Source of the DNA: the human T2T-CHM13v2.0 reference genome, Homo sapiens
NCBI RefSeq assembly: GCF_009914755.1
Contig: NC_060936.1
Reading direction: 5' to 3' (one strand)
DNA: 64,000 nucleotides
The translations under genes and the position numbers were made by a program. Under the pieces are notes generated by a model that ran no database searches, was not told where the DNA came from, and worked only from the letters and a program-made list of their open reading frames with translations. Below are positions 32,790-48,771 of this stretch, one piece after another (the stretch's first letter is position 1; each line of letters begins with the position of its first letter).

Positions 32790-32969
32790 TCTATAACATA
32801 TTATCTGACTCACTACCTACCACTAAGCCTTGCACATGATAAACATGCAAAATAAATACAAGTGAAAATTTAACTCCTCTATATATTGCTTTTTCCAGTA
32901 GTAAGCCATCCTCAGATAGATATTTTTTAAATGTTAAGAATGCTGGTTTGACGAGTTGCTCCTTTGTAG

Positions 32970-33131
<162 letters not shown>

Positions 33132-33522
33132 TGAGTGCCATTGTTTGAACATATTACAGATATCATTGACTAAAATATTTGAAGTCTTTTAAGCTTAATT
33201 CTGATGTTCCCCCAATGTTAAATACATACTGATCAATACCAGTGAGCTCCCCACGGATCCTGTTTCAGGAAGGTGGGTATTTAACCCAAACTCCCACGTA
33301 TAAAAGTGGTTATCTACATAGCTTTTCAGGTAAAAGGGGAGGCAGTGCTTTCAATCCTTTATTTTATTGACTTTATTAGCAATGTGATTGTAAATTGATG
33401 AATGGTGGCATTTTTGACTGTTAAATAGAGCACTCAGGGTTGTTTGGTTTCTTGTCGCACATGTTTGGTGGGTATAAACTTCACTGCTCACAAAGCTGAT
33501 GAAACATTTTTGATTTATTTGA

Positions 33523-33690
<168 letters not shown>

Positions 33691-33939
33691 TAAAACTTCC
33701 TAAGAACCTAAAAGACTCATTTCACTTTTGTGGGGGAAGAGGGGATACCACTGATGTATACAGTCAAAGAGATCAATAAAGGTGTTTTTAAAAATGTAAA
33801 CTCTTAAAAGGAAGTATGCAGAAAAAAACGTAGGAATTAAAAAGAGGGAGGAAGTCTTGTATTGCTTCTGTTACTGATATATATAAAAGCAAAAGGTCAC
33901 TTCTGTTAGAATGCAATGACCTGATTCCATTAAAGAGAA

Positions 33940-35073
<1,134 letters not shown>

Positions 35074-35896
35074 TGAATGGGAAAGGTCTGAGTAAAAACA
35101 AATTTCTAGAGTTGGCAATTAATTTACCTCTGATTCTGCTAGATTAAATACAAAAGTAACATATAATGTCATTAAGTGCAGTGTTTTCTGGATTATGTAA
35201 GTGAGTGGGACTATTGTGGCTACAGCTTGATGACTCATTTTAGGCTAACATCCACTTTCAGGGAAGAACATTGGGAAGCTGTTTAAATTCTTATATTCAT
35301 ATTCACAGTGAAGGCTGTTAGCACATGAAACATGTATTTACATTTCACACAGTGACCCCTCATTTTTGTCCTTGCTGTAATATACCACATACTGTCTCCT
35401 TAATTAATTTATAATAAGGTACAGTCCCTCTTTAAACGGTGGTTGGGCATTAAATAATACAAGTAACTTTTAAGAATTTGCTTACAGTTGTTAATTGTGA
35501 GCATTGGCTTTTTTCAGTTTATGGCCAAACTACCATTGGTAGTTCTGATCTGTTCTCCACACAGCAACAGTTTAGAAGCATAAATCTGGCCATGCCACTT
35601 TCCTGTGGCCTTTTGCACTTGGAATACAGTTAAGAAGCCTTCACTGCTTTCGTAGGACTGCAGGATATGGCGATTGCCTCATCTGCAGGAGTTGCGTCTT
35701 GGATGGCCTCTCCTACTCCTCTTCCCACCTCTAAGTTTTGCTATTTGCTATCCATCCTGACTGAAATGCCCTCTCCCTGCTGCCTCTACCCCTACCCTGC
35801 CTAGCTGGCTCCTTTGCATCTTCCAAGATAGCTTATGTGTCATTTCCTTGGTACAGCTCTTCACTGGTGAACCTGCTGTGTGCTAGGCACTCTGCC

Positions 35897-36213
35897 TATT
35901 ATTATTACTTATTTTTTTGAGACAGGGTCTCACTCTGTCGCCCAGGCTGGAGTGCTGTGGCATGATCATGGCTCACCGCAGCCTCGACCTCCAGGCCTCA
36001 AATGATCCCCCCACCTCATCCCCGCAAGTAGCTGGAACTATAGGCATGTGCCACCACACCCAGCTAATTTTGTTGATTTTTTTTTTTTTTTTTTTTTTGT
36101 AGAGATGGGGTTTCACCATGTTGCCCAATTGCCCAGGCTGGTCTTGAACTCCTGAGCTCAAGCGATCCACCTGCCTCGGCCTCCCAAAGTGCTGGGATTA
36201 CAGGCGCCTAGCC
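35897..36213 (-). mobile_element. AluJ
   Basis: Diverged dimer, TSD cactctgcct. Confidence 0.92.
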
Positions 36214-36388
36214 CACTCTGCCTGTTGTAATAATAGCTAATTTTTAAAAATCATTTATTGTGTCCAGCACTGTTTTAAGTACTTTACTTGCGTTTCTCAT
36301 CTTATCCTCATATAAGCTCTATAAAATAGGAACTGTTATTATCCCTGTCTTACAAGTGAGGAAACTAAGGCACAGAGAAGTTAAGTAA

Positions 36389-36559
<171 letters not shown>

Positions 36560-37289
36560 TAATACTATACACACATAACTTAATTGAATAGAACTAGAAT
36601 ACCCTCCCTTTTACAGTGGGAAGGATGCTTAGAGACTGCCAGTTCTTTTGGTTTTATAATGAGGGAACAGTCATGGAGCAGGGATTTGGCTGCCTAAGGT
36701 CATACTGCTAGTTAATAACAAGGAAGGTTAGCTCTCAGGCCTCCAGGGTTCTTTCCTCTAAACTAGGTTTATTAAAGTAGTATACTAAGTATAAATGAGT
36801 TGGAATAATTCTGGTAAAAAATATATATGGTTTTAAATAATTTGGTAAACTTAGCACCTAATAAATCCAATAAATATTTGTTGAAAAAACAGAAGCAATA
36901 AAAACTGATAGCTTCTTTTAACCATTTGTATAGCTAAACTTTTTAGCATGATAAGAAGGCATTTTCATGACTGGTTTCTTTTTAACTGAGTATCTTTGAT
37001 TCTCTTAAAATTTGTATGACAGAAGTTTTTGCATGCAGATTTCATCACAAATATATAGTCCCTTCACCTATGTGCCCCTTATTTTCCCAAATGACTTTTA
37101 ATTTATGGATTGTCTACTAGTAGAATTCTATTCCTAAATCAATTAAGAAGGATCCTGTCCTCATAATATCTCAAATACTTTATACAATTATACAATCTTT
37201 TAAATAAAACCTCTTCTTTTACTTTTCATTAGCTCATTTTTCCACTTAAAAAAATAGGATGAGAAAGCCTTGGGTACAGAGATATAAAA

Positions 37290-37570
37290 ATGGCAAGTAG
37301 GTGGAGATGCTTAATGGATACAAAAAAAATAGAATGAATAAGACCTATTACTTGATAGCACAAGAGGGTGACTATAGTCAATAATAATTGCACATTTTAA
37401 AATAACTTAGAATGTAATTGGATTGTAACTCAAAGGATAAATGCTTGAGGGAATGGACACCCCATTCTGCACGATGTGCTTATTACCCATTTCATGCCAG
37501 TATTAAAACCTCTCATGGACCCTATAAATATATATACCTACCACATAACCCCAAAAATTAAAAAAATATT
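37290..37570 (+). mobile_element. L1M(A/B) 3' end
   Basis: gaatgaataagacc...gatagcacaagagggtgactatagtcaataataat...ataaatgcttgagg. Confidence 0.8.
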
Positions 37571-37731
37571 TAAAATTCTAAGTAAATGAAAACATTTTAA
37601 TAAAAAATTATACTCAACTATTTTGAACTCCCTTTAACTAATCTCAAATCCACAATAAATTTCCTTGGATTTTCTAGTATCTGTAGAATAGTATGCAGAA
37701 TTTACAAGTAGAATTATTTGTTGGAAATTGA

Positions 37732-37908
<177 letters not shown>

Positions 37909-37960
37909 TGAAGATGATGGCATTTCACTAATGAAATTCCTTTATTTTTTCTCTTTCTAG

Positions 37961-38088
37961 TGCCAAATACCACAGAACCGGACTACAAATCCAAAGACTG
38001 GGTTTTTCTCAATTATACCTATAAAAGGTTTGAAGGGTTGACTCAACGTGGCTCTATCCCCACCTACATGAAAGCTGGGAAGTTATGA
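37961..38088 (+). CDS. STK38L: STK38L exon 14 coding part, hydrophobic motif T442 and stop
   Basis: VPNTTEPDYKSKDWVFLNYTYKRFEGLTQRGSIPTYMKAGKL-TGA; coding exon lengths sum to 1395 nt (464 aa + stop). Confidence 0.97.
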
Positions 38089-41000
38089 ATGAAGATAACA
38101 TTCACCCATAACCAAGAGAACTCAGGTAGCTGCATCACCAGGCTTGCTTGGCGTAGATAACAATACACTGAAATACTCCTGAAGATGGTGGTGCTTATTG
38201 ACTACAAGAGGAAATTCTACAGGATTAGGATTTCTAAGACTACTATAGGAATTGGTTGGCAGTGCCAGCTGGCTCTTTTTTTTAATATTTTATTATTTTT
38301 GTTAACTTTATTATATGAAGGTACTGGAATAAAAGGAACAGACATCCCTTTCTAACTGCACTGCCTACATGCGTATTAAGGTCCATTCTGCCTGTGTGTG
38401 CTGTGGCTTTGAACTGTAACGCCTCTAATCAATTCAGGAGAAACACATATCATTTAAAGCAACATAGGCTAACCTGTAGGTAACACTGCAGTATTGATGT
38501 TTTACTGCAAATCTTATGGGTCTAGATAATCAGTAAAAGCCATCTTCCATAGTTGGTGTTAGAACATTGCCCTATTGGTTTGGACATCTGTAGAATATAT
38601 ATGAAGACAATTTCTGTAATGGTTTTAAGAGATTTAAAAAGAAATTCACTGGTTCTTTACAAAATAGAATTTATCATCAAGTTATTACACAAACTTCACA
38701 GTAAGGAGTGACAAGTTTATAATAAGGAAGACAAAGTTTAACACCTTCACTCAAGCACTCCACTAATATATTTACGTTGCATTCAGAAATACTGATGACC
38801 TTCATATACGTAGTCTGTATACTCATAGGGAGATGTACTGTATTATATAACATGTAAAGTTGATTTTCTTGTGACAAGAGAACTTCTTTTTTTAACAAGA
38901 GGACATGGCATTATTTTAATTTGATTATGGTGAGTTGAATTTAAGACATGACCATGAAGGCTGCTTGTAGAATTAGTGTATTTTTATTAAACTATTTTTT
39001 TAAATGTCAAACTTCTATCATGTAAATGGACTTATAGAGAACAAAAAGCTATTTACTTTGGTTTTCTAGAAAGTTGTTACATATCATGGCTGGTTAACTT
39101 TTATTTCTTTTGATGAAAATTTTTCCTTTGATAGTACTTGTATTATTGTGCCATTATTTTCTTATGCTCCAAATGTACCAAAGATCTTGAACAGAGTGGA
39201 TGTTCACAACTGAGTAGAATTTTCCTTTCCTGTGGGCATGCTGTATTCAGACCTGACAGATCTTTGATAGAGGTCAGCTTATTAAAGGGCAATATTGTTC
39301 TTGTTTAGCTACATCACTGTGGTGAATATAGATGGAATTAAGGAAGTAAATGCAGGCCAGGGGGTTGTGATGAGAGGATAGGGGAGATAATATCAGCATC
39401 AAATTCTTTGGGTATCTCTCTAAGAATTAAATAATCTTTTCTAGCTTAATATTTTAATTCTAATTCAAACAACTCTGAGGTTTTGGTTTCATTAGTAATA
39501 GTTGAGGAATAATATACTAGCAAAGAATGGCCTAATGTTTGTCATAACTGTTAATGGATGAAATTTTTTAAAGATACAACCATGATAACCATTATAAATG
39601 ATCTATGATCAAAATCTAAAGTGATGAATTATTTGTAGGAATGTCTTCCTAATGGGGAAGAATTGCATAGGAGCATTATGCAAATCTACACAAGCTTTTA
39701 TAAATGTTGCTGCTGGGTAGCTCCACAGTGTTTCATAAGGCCATCCTGTTTCCCCCAACTCCCCCATTTTTGGTTTGTTTCTTTTTAAATATTTGTTGAG
39801 TACTTATGTGTTTATCTAACAGTTCACTTCCATTTTTCTAGTCTGGATTTTTTGAGTATTTAGGAAAGAGAGCTATTAAAAACTCTGGGGATTTCTCAAT
39901 GTGACTAACTCTAATTTTTCTAATTATAACTGCCTTTAATTAACATAATATTAACTTTTGCTGAGGTTTATGAGATTTTCTCACCCCACATCGCTCCCCT
40001 TTTTTTAAAAAGGACTGTTTTGCTAGTGTGATAATGAATAGGTAAGATATGAGATAATTGCAACATTGTCTAGTTCTAGTATGGTAACTATTCTTGAAAT
40101 GGTATTGAAAAATACCGTTAATTCAAATTGACAGAGATTGATAAAAAGAAACTGATTTACCTAAGTTTACTTTTTAATTGCATAATAGAGCATTTTTTGT
40201 TTTGAGTTCCCTCATTCTTATTACCAGAAAGAGCTTGCAAATAGTTTTACTTTCTTGGCACTGGAAGGGTAGTTCTGGAAAGCTACTTTGTTGAGAGTCT
40301 CATTCTTCCCTGGAGTTAATAGAGTGATTCACAATCTTTGGGGTTTTCTCCTCATCAAAAGCATTTCTTAAGTGCCTATCTAAAAGCAATTAAAGACTGT
40401 GTCTGCCCTTTAGAAGCTAAGAATTTGATTCATGATGCAAATTAACTAGATAATTTGCAAAGTACCCTTGAGATTGAATTTTCTCTATTATATATTTCCC
40501 ATATTTCAGGTGAATAATTTAATTTAAATGACAAAACCCTATCTAGTCAACTGGGCATAATGACATTTTCTTTAAATTAGACTCTATTTTGAATTAAAAG
40601 AGTTTTATTATAAACCGTGTGTTTTTGGTTTTTCTAAGTATATAGAAAGCTTGTATAATTCAGATTTATCAATTTCCTGATTTAATGTAGACTTTGACTT
40701 TTTTATTAAAAACCTTTGTATTAAAGCAAGTTATGTTATTTTTCTTTTATGCATTTATTACTAACATAGCTTTAAATCTTTAAATGTATTGAAGCATTGT
40801 GCTGTCTGAAAATAAGGAATTGCTTATAAACCAGCCACTTCTGAATACAATATGTAGCTGATTTAATAAGCTAGTTAGTGAATGGAAAATAAGTGTGGAG
40901 TATTAAAAATGTTCTTTGGTTGGTAAGGCCTAAGATAGGGTTTCATTTATTTCTATACTTTTTCTGTTTTTTAAACACCTGCATATTTTTATGTAAATCT

Positions 41001-41592
41001 CTAAATTTAAAATATTTTAAGTACATTTATTTTTGGTGTTTTATTGTATAAAACCTTAGACAATCAATCAGTCAGTCTTTACTGACAGGAGCAGCAGCTA
41101 TCTGTCTTTTGCTGATCTACAAATAAATGAATTGAGAATTTAGTCCATAGAGGTCCCTGGCTACCAAACACATTCTCCTTTGAATTGTTAAAATTCAGAA
41201 CATTCAAAATAACTGTTTTGCTACAACCCATGATTATTTTCCTGTTGTGTTTATTTAAATTTACTTTCTCTTTAGAAGTGCACTTATTTCTGAAAAATCT
41301 TAATGAAACAAACGCTTAGAACAAATATAAATATGAGACACTTGGGACTACTAGAGATATTTTAGATTTTTATGAAAAAAATGTGAGGGGATATTGCTGC
41401 TTTAAAAAGGAATAAAGTAATAAAAATATATCTCAGCTATTTTTTTAAAGCAATATAATTCAGCAATTGTCTAGAAAAGTAATCATGAGGCTACTGAGTT
41501 TGGTGTTCAGTTACTGAGTTTCAAAAATGTTTTGGTGGCATGAGGACAAAATTTCATTGAAGGTAAGATAAGAATAAAAACTATGTTTACAA
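38089..41592 (+). other. STK38L: STK38L 3'UTR (~3.5 kb, AU-rich, no Alu)
   Basis: Follows the stop codon; end inferred from AATAAA 41573-41578 plus downstream GT/T-rich tract. Confidence 0.75.
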
Positions 41593-41630
41593 AATTTCTG
41601 TTGATGAAGTTTTTTGGTTTTATTTTTGAG
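41573..41630 (+). terminator. STK38L: Distal polyadenylation signal with GU/U-rich downstream element
   Basis: AATAAA 41573-41578, CA at 41590-41591, then ctgttgatgaagttttttggttttattttt; further AATAAA at 41411 and 41419. Confidence 0.7.
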
Positions 41631-42419
41631 TTTTGAGATAGGTGTTACCCAAAACTCAAGAAAGACTATTTAGTTAATGTAAATTACTGTCTAACTTTTA
41701 CACTTGAAGATCACATCAAGAACAAAATATTTGAAGTTTGTATTTAAAATCTCCATTCAAATCTGTAGCTAAAAACATATAGGCTACACGAACTGTGCTG
41801 TACTTTCAGGTACTTATTGGATGCATAGCTTATATACAACTATCCAACTTGGTCAAAACCAATTAGCAAGCACTAAATTGAAAATGCCTCAAAATAGCAT
41901 AGGAATATGTGGCCCAGGTACCACTACCTCCCGTGCTGTGGAAGACACTGACAATCATCATGACTTTTTCCACTGAGCCTTGAGGAAGCCCGTGGGAATC
42001 CCATTCAGCCTCATTGTTCTCCAGCTGTTCCCTGACATACATCATTTCAATAATGCCACTGTCAGACACAACATTGAAAACACTGAATGTTAAAATTTGG
42101 GCATTACAGCAAACTCGGAGACTCTAAATTCATCTTTCAAAAACATCTAGTGATACAAAGAACTTATATTTGTACACAAAATGCCTTCACTTGTTTTTTA
42201 CAACTACTCTGTAATTACATAATTACCATCATTTTATAGATGACCATGAGGCTGAGTGATTGTGACTTGCCTAAAACACAAGTAATAAGTTGCCCTTGAA
42301 CCCAAGTCCAGTGTTCCCTACTCCTCCAAATCATAGAGTGAACTCCATTGACAAATTAACTTCATTGACAACTCATATGCTTCTAGGATCTCAGGAGTAT
42401 ACATGGAGTGATAGGGCCA

Positions 42420-43390
<971 letters not shown>

Positions 43391-43946
43391 TCAAGATGAT
43401 GCCACACAGGTTTATTGCAATGATTCTTACCTGAAGCCACTGCACCTAGATTGTGGTGTTAGATCTGCTGCCTACATCGGAACTGAAGGTTGGTCCATTA
43501 ACATTTTTCACAGAACAGGATTGGGTCTCTGGACATCATACAGGAAGATGGACATCATACAAACAGGCCTTGGTCTTTTTAGTGCTTTTTCCATTCCTCC
43601 CAGATCCTATTCATCAGAGTAGATAATCTATTGGTCCATCTCCTCTAGAGCTCATATCAGAAATGGGGACCCTGATCAACTTATTTCCTCCCAAGATCCA
43701 GCCAAGGGTGGGGTGGTCTAATTACTATTAGCTCAATTGCTTTGTCAAAATTGGGAAGATGATCTCTGACTAATGAAAATTAAACATTTCTCAGGTGAGA
43801 TTGCTAAACTACCATCAAGTTATCTGAATTACTTTACCTCTTAACATTCATGATCAAACTCCTAAACACAGGAAGACTTGTAAGTCTCTTCAAAAGGGAG
43901 AAACTCATGGTAGGAAAAGTAAACTGTCAATACTCAGCCTAATATC

Positions 43947-44238
43947 TTTTTTTTTTTTTTTTTTGAGACGGAGTCTCACTCTGTCGCCCAGGCTGGAGTG
44001 CAATGGCGTGGTCTTGGCTCACTGCTACCTCCACCTCCCAGGTTTAAGCAATTCTGCCTTGGCCTCCCGACTAGCTGTGATTAGGTTCCTGCCACCGTGC
44101 CTGGCTAATTTTTGTATCTTTAGTAGAGACGGGGCTTCACCATGTTGGCCAGGCTGGTCTCAAACTCCTGACCTCAGTGATGTGCTCGCTTGGCCTCCCA
44201 AAGTGCTGGGATTGCAGGCATGAGCCACCGCATCCAGC
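43947..44238 (-). mobile_element. AluS
   Basis: Dimer with poly-T head. Confidence 0.93.
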
Positions 44239-45187
44239 CTTTTTGTCTTCTTGGGTAAAAAAATCAGGAACAGAACTTGGAGAACCCTCTTGTATGATTG
44301 TATATAATACCGAGAGGACTGAGGAAGACTTGGGATACCATAACTGCTTTAAGAGTGTTTAAAAACTGTAAAAGTAAACATCAGTTGAGTTATTGATGCT
44401 TATACACACATACAAACGCATAATCCCTAAGGGAAAAAGTGTAAGCAACTCCACATAAAAGTAGATGTGTGCACAACTATTCCCTCATTCTTGTCCTAAG
44501 TTTTGTCCTTCCTTGCAGTTTGCTCAGAATTTTAGTATATTGCTATTCCTGTCCCTAAGAAATACTGCTTCTCTCCCCGCTGCTTCCCCGGTGTACATAC
44601 CGTACTGCAACAACCCAGCTTAAGAAAATTGATTTTTGATAAGTTAAAGCAGTATTTCCTAGATGAGAGTACTCAGAGCAACTTTCAAAATCAGCTAGGA
44701 AGCACATTTGAAATAAGGACTTAGTGTGATTCACCCCAAACCTACTAAATCAGTCTCTGGGGGTGGGTCTAAAATTGTGCACATTCTCATGTACATTGAA
44801 TTTTGGGAACCACTGAGCTAACAGAAAAAGAAACTAATACCTGCTCATTGGTTTTTGTGAGAATATATATATATATAAAGTAACTGATGCACAGTAGGTA
44901 AAATACAGAAGTCAGTGCTTACAACAGTGCCTGGCACACAGCAGGTGCTCAATAAATACATGTGAACAAGTTAATTAAATGACTATTTTTGTGGGTGGCC
45001 CTGCTTTCCACCTAAGGCCAATCTCAAAATGTTTTCACTTTTAATAAAAACATAAATACGACTCCAAAAGCATTGAGAAAATGAATGCAGCTTTTGCTGA
45101 AGTTATTTTCCAGGGAAATAATGTAAGAGGGTTTGCATTACACAATGAAGTTCCCTAAATACCGCTTTAAGATATCTCAAATTTCCT

Positions 45188-45492
45188 GGCTAGGTGCAGT
45201 GGCTCACGCCTGTAATCCCAGCACTTTGGGAGGCTAAGGCAGGCAGATCACATGAGGTCATGAGTTCGAGACCAGCCTGACCAACATGGTGAAACCCCGT
45301 CTCTACTGAAAATACAAAAAATTTAGCTGTGTGTGGTGGCACATGCCAGTAATCATAGCTACTCAGGAGGCTGAGGCATGAGAATCGCTTGAACCCAGGG
45401 AGGCAGAGTTGCAGTGAGCCGAAATCACACTACACTCCAGCCTGGGCGATAGAGCGAGACTCTATGTAAAAAAAAAATAAAAATTAAAAAAA
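45188..45492 (+). mobile_element. AluS
   Basis: Dimer, TSD ending caaatttcct. Confidence 0.94.
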
Positions 45493-45797
45493 GATAGCAA
45501 ATTTCCTCTCCTTAAGGCAGCTGCACCACCTCCTTTACCACCCTCTCTGTCTCAGGAATGCTCTGTCCTCCAATTACCTCTCTGCTTTTCCTTCCCTTAG
45601 ACCACGCTCAAGCTCATCTTTCCTATACCAGAAGCCCACCATAGATCCTCTTCTCTCTCTAAACATATGGGAGAGTGTTGGCCTACTTGTTTCTCCAAAC
45701 TGCACTCATCAATCTGCCCAGCAAATCCAAGCATCTTCCCCAGGATTCACCCTCCACAGGATGCTGGGGGCAGGGTAGGAAGAAAAGGTAGTTTTAA

Positions 45798-46153
<356 letters not shown>

Positions 46154-46396
46154 TATGTAATGTTTTTTTTTTATTTACCATCTTTACCATTTTAAGTGTA
46201 CAGTTCCCAATGGTAATAAATATATGTTCAGCCTTCTTTTCCCCTTGTTGTTTTCCACCCCCTCTTCTCTCCCCTTCCTGGCTTCTGTGTTATTTATTGT
46301 TATGCATCATTGGAAATAGTATCTTCAATTTAATTACACTCTGAAGCAGGTGTGGTTTTTTGTTGTTTTGGGTTTGGGTTCTATCTTGTTGTTTTT

Positions 46397-46424
46397 TGTT
46401 GTTGTTGTTGTTGTTGTTGTTGTT
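46397..46424. repeat. (GTT)n microsatellite
   Basis: Read directly. Confidence 0.95.
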
Positions 46425-48707
46425 CTTGGACCAAATACAATATCTAAGTGGCTTTAGGGACTCCTCTCTAATCTAAGTTATATTGTTACAATCCCAGCAG
46501 AATGCTAAAAGGACAGGAGTTTACAGCTTGTGAGGCCGTGCTTCCTAATTCCAGATGGACAAAGGAGTATTTGTTCCACCTTTAAAATATTTGTTCTTGC
46601 CTGAGTACTTAGCAATGAAAGAAAATTAATGAACAAATTAAGTGAAAGGCAAGCAATGATTCCTGGAGAGCAAGGCAGCTCCAGGGCTTTTGGCAGGGGA
46701 ACCATGCTGACCAGAAGGAACTGTGTGCATTCTATTACACAAATTCTCTAGCATTCTATTATACAAATCATCCAATCACCTTTCTCACATTTTTTTTTCC
46801 AAGTTGAAAATATGAGAAAACCACTCACTGGAAATGAGAGATTACCTTCCTATCCATCTGGCAAGACATTATATGTCTCTCTGCCTTATCCTATGGGTTA
46901 TATAGCTACTCTTTAAAAAACAAAAAAATCATGTCTTAGAAAGTAAAGCTCCAGAGCATAAAGAAAAAAAGAGAGCAAGCAGGCTTTAAACCTGAGCAGT
47001 AAGGGGAATACCTATTAAGCAATGAAAGGGTTGTGCCCCATGGAATGCTGTAGGTCGGCTTTGTTTGTGCATTATTACCCTTCCTGCTTTCGTATTTTAG
47101 ATTCTGGATTCCCCTTCTCTTGCTTTCAGGCTTTGGTGGAAGTGAATCATCGTTTCTAAGAAACGGGGACTGCAATGATTCACAGGCAAGCTTACTGGAC
47201 ACCACAATAGGAACTCCTAAGAAGGAGACCTAACTTTTATGGTCTTGCTTCTACTATCTACTAGCTGAGTGATCCTGGCCAAAATACTCGACATCTCTGA
47301 ACTTCTGTTTCTCTACTAAGACAGGAATTAAGAAAGAGGTTGTGAGGCTCACTGAGCCGATAAGGGGGAAAATGCATTGTAAGCAAGGCCATGTATAGAA
47401 TAGTATTTACATTTTAACCCAGATCTTAAAGCCCAGGTCTAATTAATTCTACCTGTTACCCCTTGGTAAACCACCTCAAAATAGTGTACACTTGTCTGGA
47501 AAGCCAAGGTTTGATCACATTCGGGAAACCCTGTATGGAATTACTGTTTCTAGCTGCCAGGAGAAGTTGGTGTTGGTAGAATTTGGGGTGGAGTTCCAAG
47601 TCAAAGCTAGGAATGAGACGTTTCAAGACTGGTTTTGATTAGGGATGTGTCTTGGTGTGTGTTGAGGACAGCACAGTTTTCAGCACGTCTCCCTTACCTC
47701 TAAAGTCCTAGCCCCTGCTTAAGCCTGCAACAGTTTTCTCCTGTCATGCCCACTTCTGCTTGGGAACACACTTCCAAACCCTCTGCCCAGCCTCTCACAA
47801 TGGCCCTAAGTACTGCCCTGAGGACACATAAGGTGCTGGTTAAGACGTTGGAATTGAGTCCTTGTAGGAAAGTTATTACCTTTAGGCTGGTTGCAAAGTT
47901 TGATTTGGTGTCTTCTCTACTGTGACTTTCCTTTACTTACTTCTACTAGATTACCAAGGAATGGGTCTAGGGACCAGTGGGAGGGCAGCAAACCAGTGTA
48001 TTCTAGACACGTGGCCATAGGATGTAGGGCTGTCAAGTGATGCCCAAAAGATCTTGTTTCTGGATTTACCCAACCGTTCCAGGAGGCAAAACGGCTTCCT
48101 CGGGACCCTCTCTCTGTCATCTACACTCTCGTCTCTGCAGCTAAGCCCTTCCTTAAGCAGAAAAGAGCAGGGTCTCTCGTCCAGCACCCTCCTCCCCAAC
48201 CCTAGCCCCGTGCCCTCCGCTAACCCACCGTGCAATTATCTTCATTCATCCTTTACCTTTGCCCCGAGGGTCTAACAACTGCAATCTTCGGAATGCTGGG
48301 ACAAAGCTTACTATGAGCATGGAAGCCTGTTTTCAATAGGGTGGTTGCTAGAAGGACTCAACTGGCCTTTTAGTGCTTTGCTGCTCGCGGGAGGGCTCGG
48401 CGGGGCGGTGTCCGCAGCGACTCCGCCCTTGGCCCGGGTCTCTTTCCCGCCGGGAAGCCCCGCGGCGCCCAGAGCGGCGGGCGGCTGGCTCCAGTCCGCA
48501 TGCTCAGTAGCTGCTGCCGGCCGGGCTGCGGGGCGGCGTCCGCTGCGCGCCTACGGGCTGCGGTGGCGGCCGCCGCGGCACCCGGCAGGGCCCGCCAGTC
48601 CCCGCTTCCCTGCTCCAGAGCCGCCGCCTGGGCCGGGGCAGGGCGGGCCCGGGGCTCCTCCATGCTGCCAGCCGCGGGGCTGCGGAGCCGACCAAGTGGC
48701 TCCTGCG

Positions 48708-48738
48708 ATGGCGGCGGAAGAGGAGGCTGCGGCGGGAG
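48708..48738 (+). CDS. BMAL2: BMAL2/ARNTL2 exon 1 coding part, proximal donor (31 nt, phase 1)
   Basis: gcgATGg; MAAEEEAAAG matches recalled BMAL2 N-terminus; GAG|gtgagg donor; known position downstream of STK38L. Confidence 0.9.
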
Positions 48739-48771
48739 GTGAGGTTGCCGGTGGCGAGGCGACGGCCCCAG
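48739..48771 (+). CDS. BMAL2: BMAL2 exon 1 alternative 33-nt in-frame extension (GEVAGGEATAP)
   Basis: Second donor CAG|gtgggc at 48772, same phase; matches recalled isoforms starting MAAEEEAAAGGEVAGGEATAPG. Confidence 0.75.

Noticed and set aside
41863-42069. Protein-like 68-aa minus-strand ORF just past the STK38L 3' end
   Set aside because: Non-ATG start, no recognisable homology, no splice or poly(A) support
44183-44195. gtgctcgctt resembling the U6 snRNA 5' end
   Set aside because: Only 10 nt and inside an Alu; no RNA gene recognised anywhere in the window
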